Source: a virus
Taxonomy: Duplodnaviria; Caudoviricetes
IMG/VR virus record: IMGVR_UViG_3300033122_000343
Reading direction: 5' to 3' (one strand)
DNA length: 64,000 nt
The notes under the pieces were generated by a model, which did no database searches, was not told the DNA's origin, and saw only the letters and a program-made list of their open reading frames with translations. The position numbers were made by a program, and so were the translations under genes. Below, one piece after another: positions 61,226-64,000 of this stretch. The first letter of the stretch is position 1. Every line of letters begins with the position of its first letter.

Positions 61226-61465
61226 TTAGTTGTCGATTTCTACTAAACGATCAGATGATCTCATAGCATTGATGAATTTACCCATTGATTCCTTTTTGGC
61301 ATATGTTTTTGCAACTCCTTGTGTTACATAATCATATGCTTCTTGATCTCTTGCTTTGAAATCATACTCCTGATCATTTGATGTAAACTTAATAGAGACA
61401 ATGTTGTTCTCTTTAAATTTTACGTTTCTGATAGCAGATGAATTTGTGATTTTGTATTCTTTCAT
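61226..61465 (-). CDS. KTSC-domain-like protein
   Basis: SSAIRNV..IKF..Y..SMGKFIN. Confidence 0.7.
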   Translation of the reverse strand: MKEYKITNSSAIRNVKFKENNIVSIKFTSNDQEYDFKARDQEAYDYVTQGVAKTYAKKESMGKFINAMRSSDRLVEIDN

Positions 61466-61490
61466 TTTTAATGAATGATTTAACTACCAC

Positions 61491-61519
61491 ATATTAACAT
61501 GGATTTGAACTCCATGCAA
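61491..61519 (-). promoter_or_regulatory. sigma70-like promoter TTGCAT-N17-TAATAT with AGTTCAAATC in the spacer
   Basis: Read directly. Confidence 0.65.
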
Positions 61520-61534
61520 CTATTTAAGGGAGAA

Positions 61535-62662
61535 TCAACTCTCCCCCTCCTGAGATTCCATTACTGCTGTTTCATCCAGTTTTGTATAAAGTTGCATGAA
61601 TGACTCTTTGGTATCATCATCAAATCTGTTTATACAATACTGAATTGCTTTCATCTTATTACCAAAGATTTTGTATGCTTTGATAACATGAGTCAATCTT
61701 CTTGTAGAAATGATTTCATCAATTCCTCCTTCTTTGAATGTCTTTCTTACAATGTCAGACCAGTTACATAGATGGGTAATGAAATCTGTAATATCTCCAG
61801 TTAAAGGAATATTAATTGATTCACATATATTTGAAAGAATTTTAATCTCTGTTCTAACATGAGGATACTCTTGTTCAAATGTGATTGGGAATCTTTCTAA
61901 AAATGCTTCATTAAGAACGTTAGTTCCAATGAATCTACCATCGTCAGAACCTTTTCCTTTAGTATTAGCAGTAGCAATGATATTGAATCCTTCTTTAGGT
62001 TGGATGTACTCTCCTATCTTTTTAAGGAATAAACCTTTACCTTCTAGTATTGGTTGAAGGCACATGATTTTGTTTGATGCTAGATCAATTTCATCAAGTA
62101 ATAAGATAGCACCTCTCTCAAGTGCTTCTATAACAGCACCATTGTGCCATACTGTTTCTCCATTGACTAATCTGAATCCACCGATAAGATCATCTTCATC
62201 CGTTTCTACTGTGATGTTGACTCTTATTAATTCTCTACCTAATTGTGAACATGCCTGTTCTACGCCAAATGTTTTACCGTTACCAGATAAACCTGTAATG
62301 AATGTAGGATAAAATAATCTAGATGCAATAATCTTTTTAAGATTAGAGAAATCTCCGAAAGGAGTAAATGTTTCATCTTTCTCAGGTATAAGATTTTGCT
62401 TTGGTTTTTCTGTCACATGAACAGGTTTTTGTGGAACAACAACACTTGGAGTTTCTTGAATAATTTTTTCTAGTTTTGCTTTTTGATCTGTAATGCTCCA
62501 ATGACCACGTTTTACCTTGTACATGTTTAAGTACTTAGTAATTGTTTGATATGAAACTCCATGCTCATTACAGTATTCTTTTACCATGTCAGCATTAAGT
62601 TCAGTTCCATAATCTTGAACTAGTCTCTCTTTGTGTGGAGAAAAATCAATAGTGAAAGGCAT
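61535..62662 (-). CDS. cobS: CobS-like MoxR AAA+ ATPase
   Basis: GLSGNGKT, ETDEDDLIGG, LLLDEID, ATANTKGKG, NEAFLERF, ISTRRL. Confidence 0.9.
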   Translation of the reverse strand: MPFTIDFSPHKERLVQDYGTELNADMVKEYCNEHGVSYQTITKYLNMYKVKRGHWSITDQKAKLEKIIQETPSVVVPQKPVHVTEKPKQNLIPEKDETFTPFGDFSNLKKIIASRLFYPTFITGLSGNGKTFGVEQACSQLGRELIRVNITVETDEDDLIGGFRLVNGETVWHNGAVIEALERGAILLLDEIDLASNKIMCLQPILEGKGLFLKKIGEYIQPKEGFNIIATANTKGKGSDDGRFIGTNVLNEAFLERFPITFEQEYPHVRTEIKILSNICESINIPLTGDITDFITHLCNWSDIVRKTFKEGGIDEIISTRRLTHVIKAYKIFGNKMKAIQYCINRFDDDTKESFMQLYTKLDETAVMESQEGES

Positions 62663-62705
62663 TTGCTTAATTAAATAACTGATCTTAGAATACTATCTTA
62701 TTATC

Positions 62706-62852
62706 TTATAAAGAACATCTTTTGTGACAGTTTTTGAACTGTTTTTTAAGTGCCTTAACTCTACGTCTAGCATTTCTCAACGCAACTGGTCGCAAAGATC
62801 TTTTTTGATCTTTACGACTATGATGTTGCCAATTGGGTGTAATTCTACTCAT
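62706..62852 (-). CDS. 48-aa basic peptide (MSRITPNWQHHSRKDQKRSLRP...)
   Basis: Hand translation; the PNWQHHS motif is, from recall, a conserved small cyanophage ORF next to cobS. Confidence 0.65.
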   Translation of the reverse strand: MSRITPNWQHHSRKDQKRSLRPVALRNARRRVKALKKQFKNCHKRCSL

Positions 62853-62920
62853 TTTTGGGGGTTACATATATACCTAAACATAATTACAAGCACCTCAGAA
62901 GCGATTCTGAGAGGAGTAAA
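62852..62920 (-). repeat. 69-bp dispersed inverted repeat, copy B
   Basis: See copy A; contains the palindrome CTCAGAA-N4-TTCTGAG. Confidence 0.88.
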
Positions 62921-64000
62921 TTAGGCAATTTGATCCATTAATGCCTGTGCAACAACTTTATTGCATTTTTTACCATTAAACATCTTTTTAAATGATCTGG
63001 ATATATCTGCTTTGTTTACATCATCTTTTCCTTCAAGTAATTCATTTAAATCATCAATACTATTTAATCTTCTTTGAGGTATTCCGATAAATGTTGACCA
63101 TTGTTTTCCTTTGAATACTGCAACACCATTTTTCCTCATATCTTTTTTATATTTTTCATAATCAATTCCATCTCCATAGGTAGCATAAAAATTATATGAA
63201 CCATGACCATCAAGTATTCTAATTCCTATTATGTTCAATCCATCTATTTCATCCTTAATTGCTTGAACCACACTTGAAGTAAAACCACTGTAGTGATTAT
63301 CTGATTTATAAGTTTTACCAGTATTTTTATTTCTAATCATTGAATGATATGGTACTCCATTTTTCATTTCCCTTTTATCATCACTCATATAATCTTTTCC
63401 ATATACATCAAATGAAGGATAATTTGATTCTCCATCAGTAAGGACTATCATATGACATTTTTGTAAATTATATTCTTTGATGAATTTTTTAATTATATCT
63501 CTTGAAGTAACCAATGCTTCATTTAATGGTGTGCCTGATAAACAAAATCTATATGGTCTTGTTATGTATAATTCATTTCTACTTGAATATGATGTGCATA
63601 CAGTAAACATGTTCTCCATTGCTTTTTCAAAATCTATTGTTTTAGATTTAGATGTTAATATATTAACCATTCTAAAATTACCTTCAATAGTTAAATCATA
63701 TTCCCTAAATTTTCCTTTAGTTAATCTTTCGCTTAAACATCTTCCTTCATTTTGATGATTACTAATGTACATTGTATCTCTCTCATTACCTATTAATTTT
63801 TCTCCCTCTCTAGGTAATGACCATGAATCTGAAGAAAAAGCATAAACATCAAATGGTATATTTGCTTTTTTACAAAACCATAGTAATGTTGCTAATTGTT
63901 TGAATGTATCCTCTAATATATTTGCCATTGAACCTGACCAATCAAGAACAAATACTAATCCATGATTTTTACCATCAGGAATCGTTGTAATTTTCTTGAA
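62921..64000 (-). CDS. CobT-like VWA-domain protein (partial, continues beyond the window)
   Basis: Frame open to the edge: KNHGLVFVLDWSGSM (MIDAS), LSGTPLNE, LTDGE; partner of cobS. Confidence 0.88.
   Translation of the reverse strand, partial: FKKITTIPDGKNHGLVFVLDWSGSMANILEDTFKQLATLLWFCKKANIPFDVYAFSSDSWSLPREGEKLIGNERDTMYISNHQNEGRCLSERLTKGKFREYDLTIEGNFRMVNILTSKSKTIDFEKAMENMFTVCTSYSSRNELYITRPYRFCLSGTPLNEALVTSRDIIKKFIKEYNLQKCHMIVLTDGESNYPSFDVYGKDYMSDDKREMKNGVPYHSMIRNKNTGKTYKSDNHYSGFTSSVVQAIKDEIDGLNIIGIRILDGHGSYNFYATYGDGIDYEKYKKDMRKNGVAVFKGKQWSTFIGIPQRRLNSIDDLNELLEGKDDVNKADISRSFKKMFNGKKCNKVVAQALMDQIA

Noticed and set aside
61535-64000. Cobalamin biosynthesis function for the cobS/cobT-like genes
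   Set aside because: No cobN or other cob genes in the window; these MoxR/VWA pairs are common in T4-like cyanophages and are more likely chaperone-like.

Overview
AT-rich segment of a T4-like (Kyanoviridae-type) marine cyanophage genome, most likely infecting Prochlorococcus or Synechococcus (inferred from gene content; no database search was run). 1-43.9 kb is the minus-strand virion morphogenesis block: g20 portal, g19, g18, g17, g16, g15, g14, g13, a 1949-aa repeat tail fibre, a VrlC/DUF4815-like gene and a gp7-like gene each present as two ORFs, g8, g6 and g25. Many of these genes are preceded by TAAATA late-promoter cores. 43.9-54.6 kb is an accessory enzyme island: glycosyltransferase-like, carbamoyltransferase, two 2OG-Fe(II) oxygenases, twitch radical SAM, two SGNH-like proteins, HNH, sulfotransferase, nucleotide-sugar dehydrogenase and ParB-like. 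54.6-64 kb is an early-type region with small genes, sigma70-like promoters, repeat-rich non-coding DNA, a candidate structured RNA and cobS/cobT-like genes. Leading observations: (1) the VrlC-like split has gene-60-like translational-bypass features (stop in a perfect 12-bp hairpin, matched GAC codons that would rebuild the conserved D-x-L-x-QSF motif); (2) an SGNH-SGNH-rSAM-'DPFIY' peptide-2OG-carbamoyltransferase cassette; (3) a GGTTCAAATC box repeated in seven promoter-like intergenic sites; (4) a TCTCA/TGAGA plus ACGAA repeat region that could be an origin; (5) a ~200-nt multi-stem RNA candidate inside a segment bounded by a 69-bp inverted repeat.
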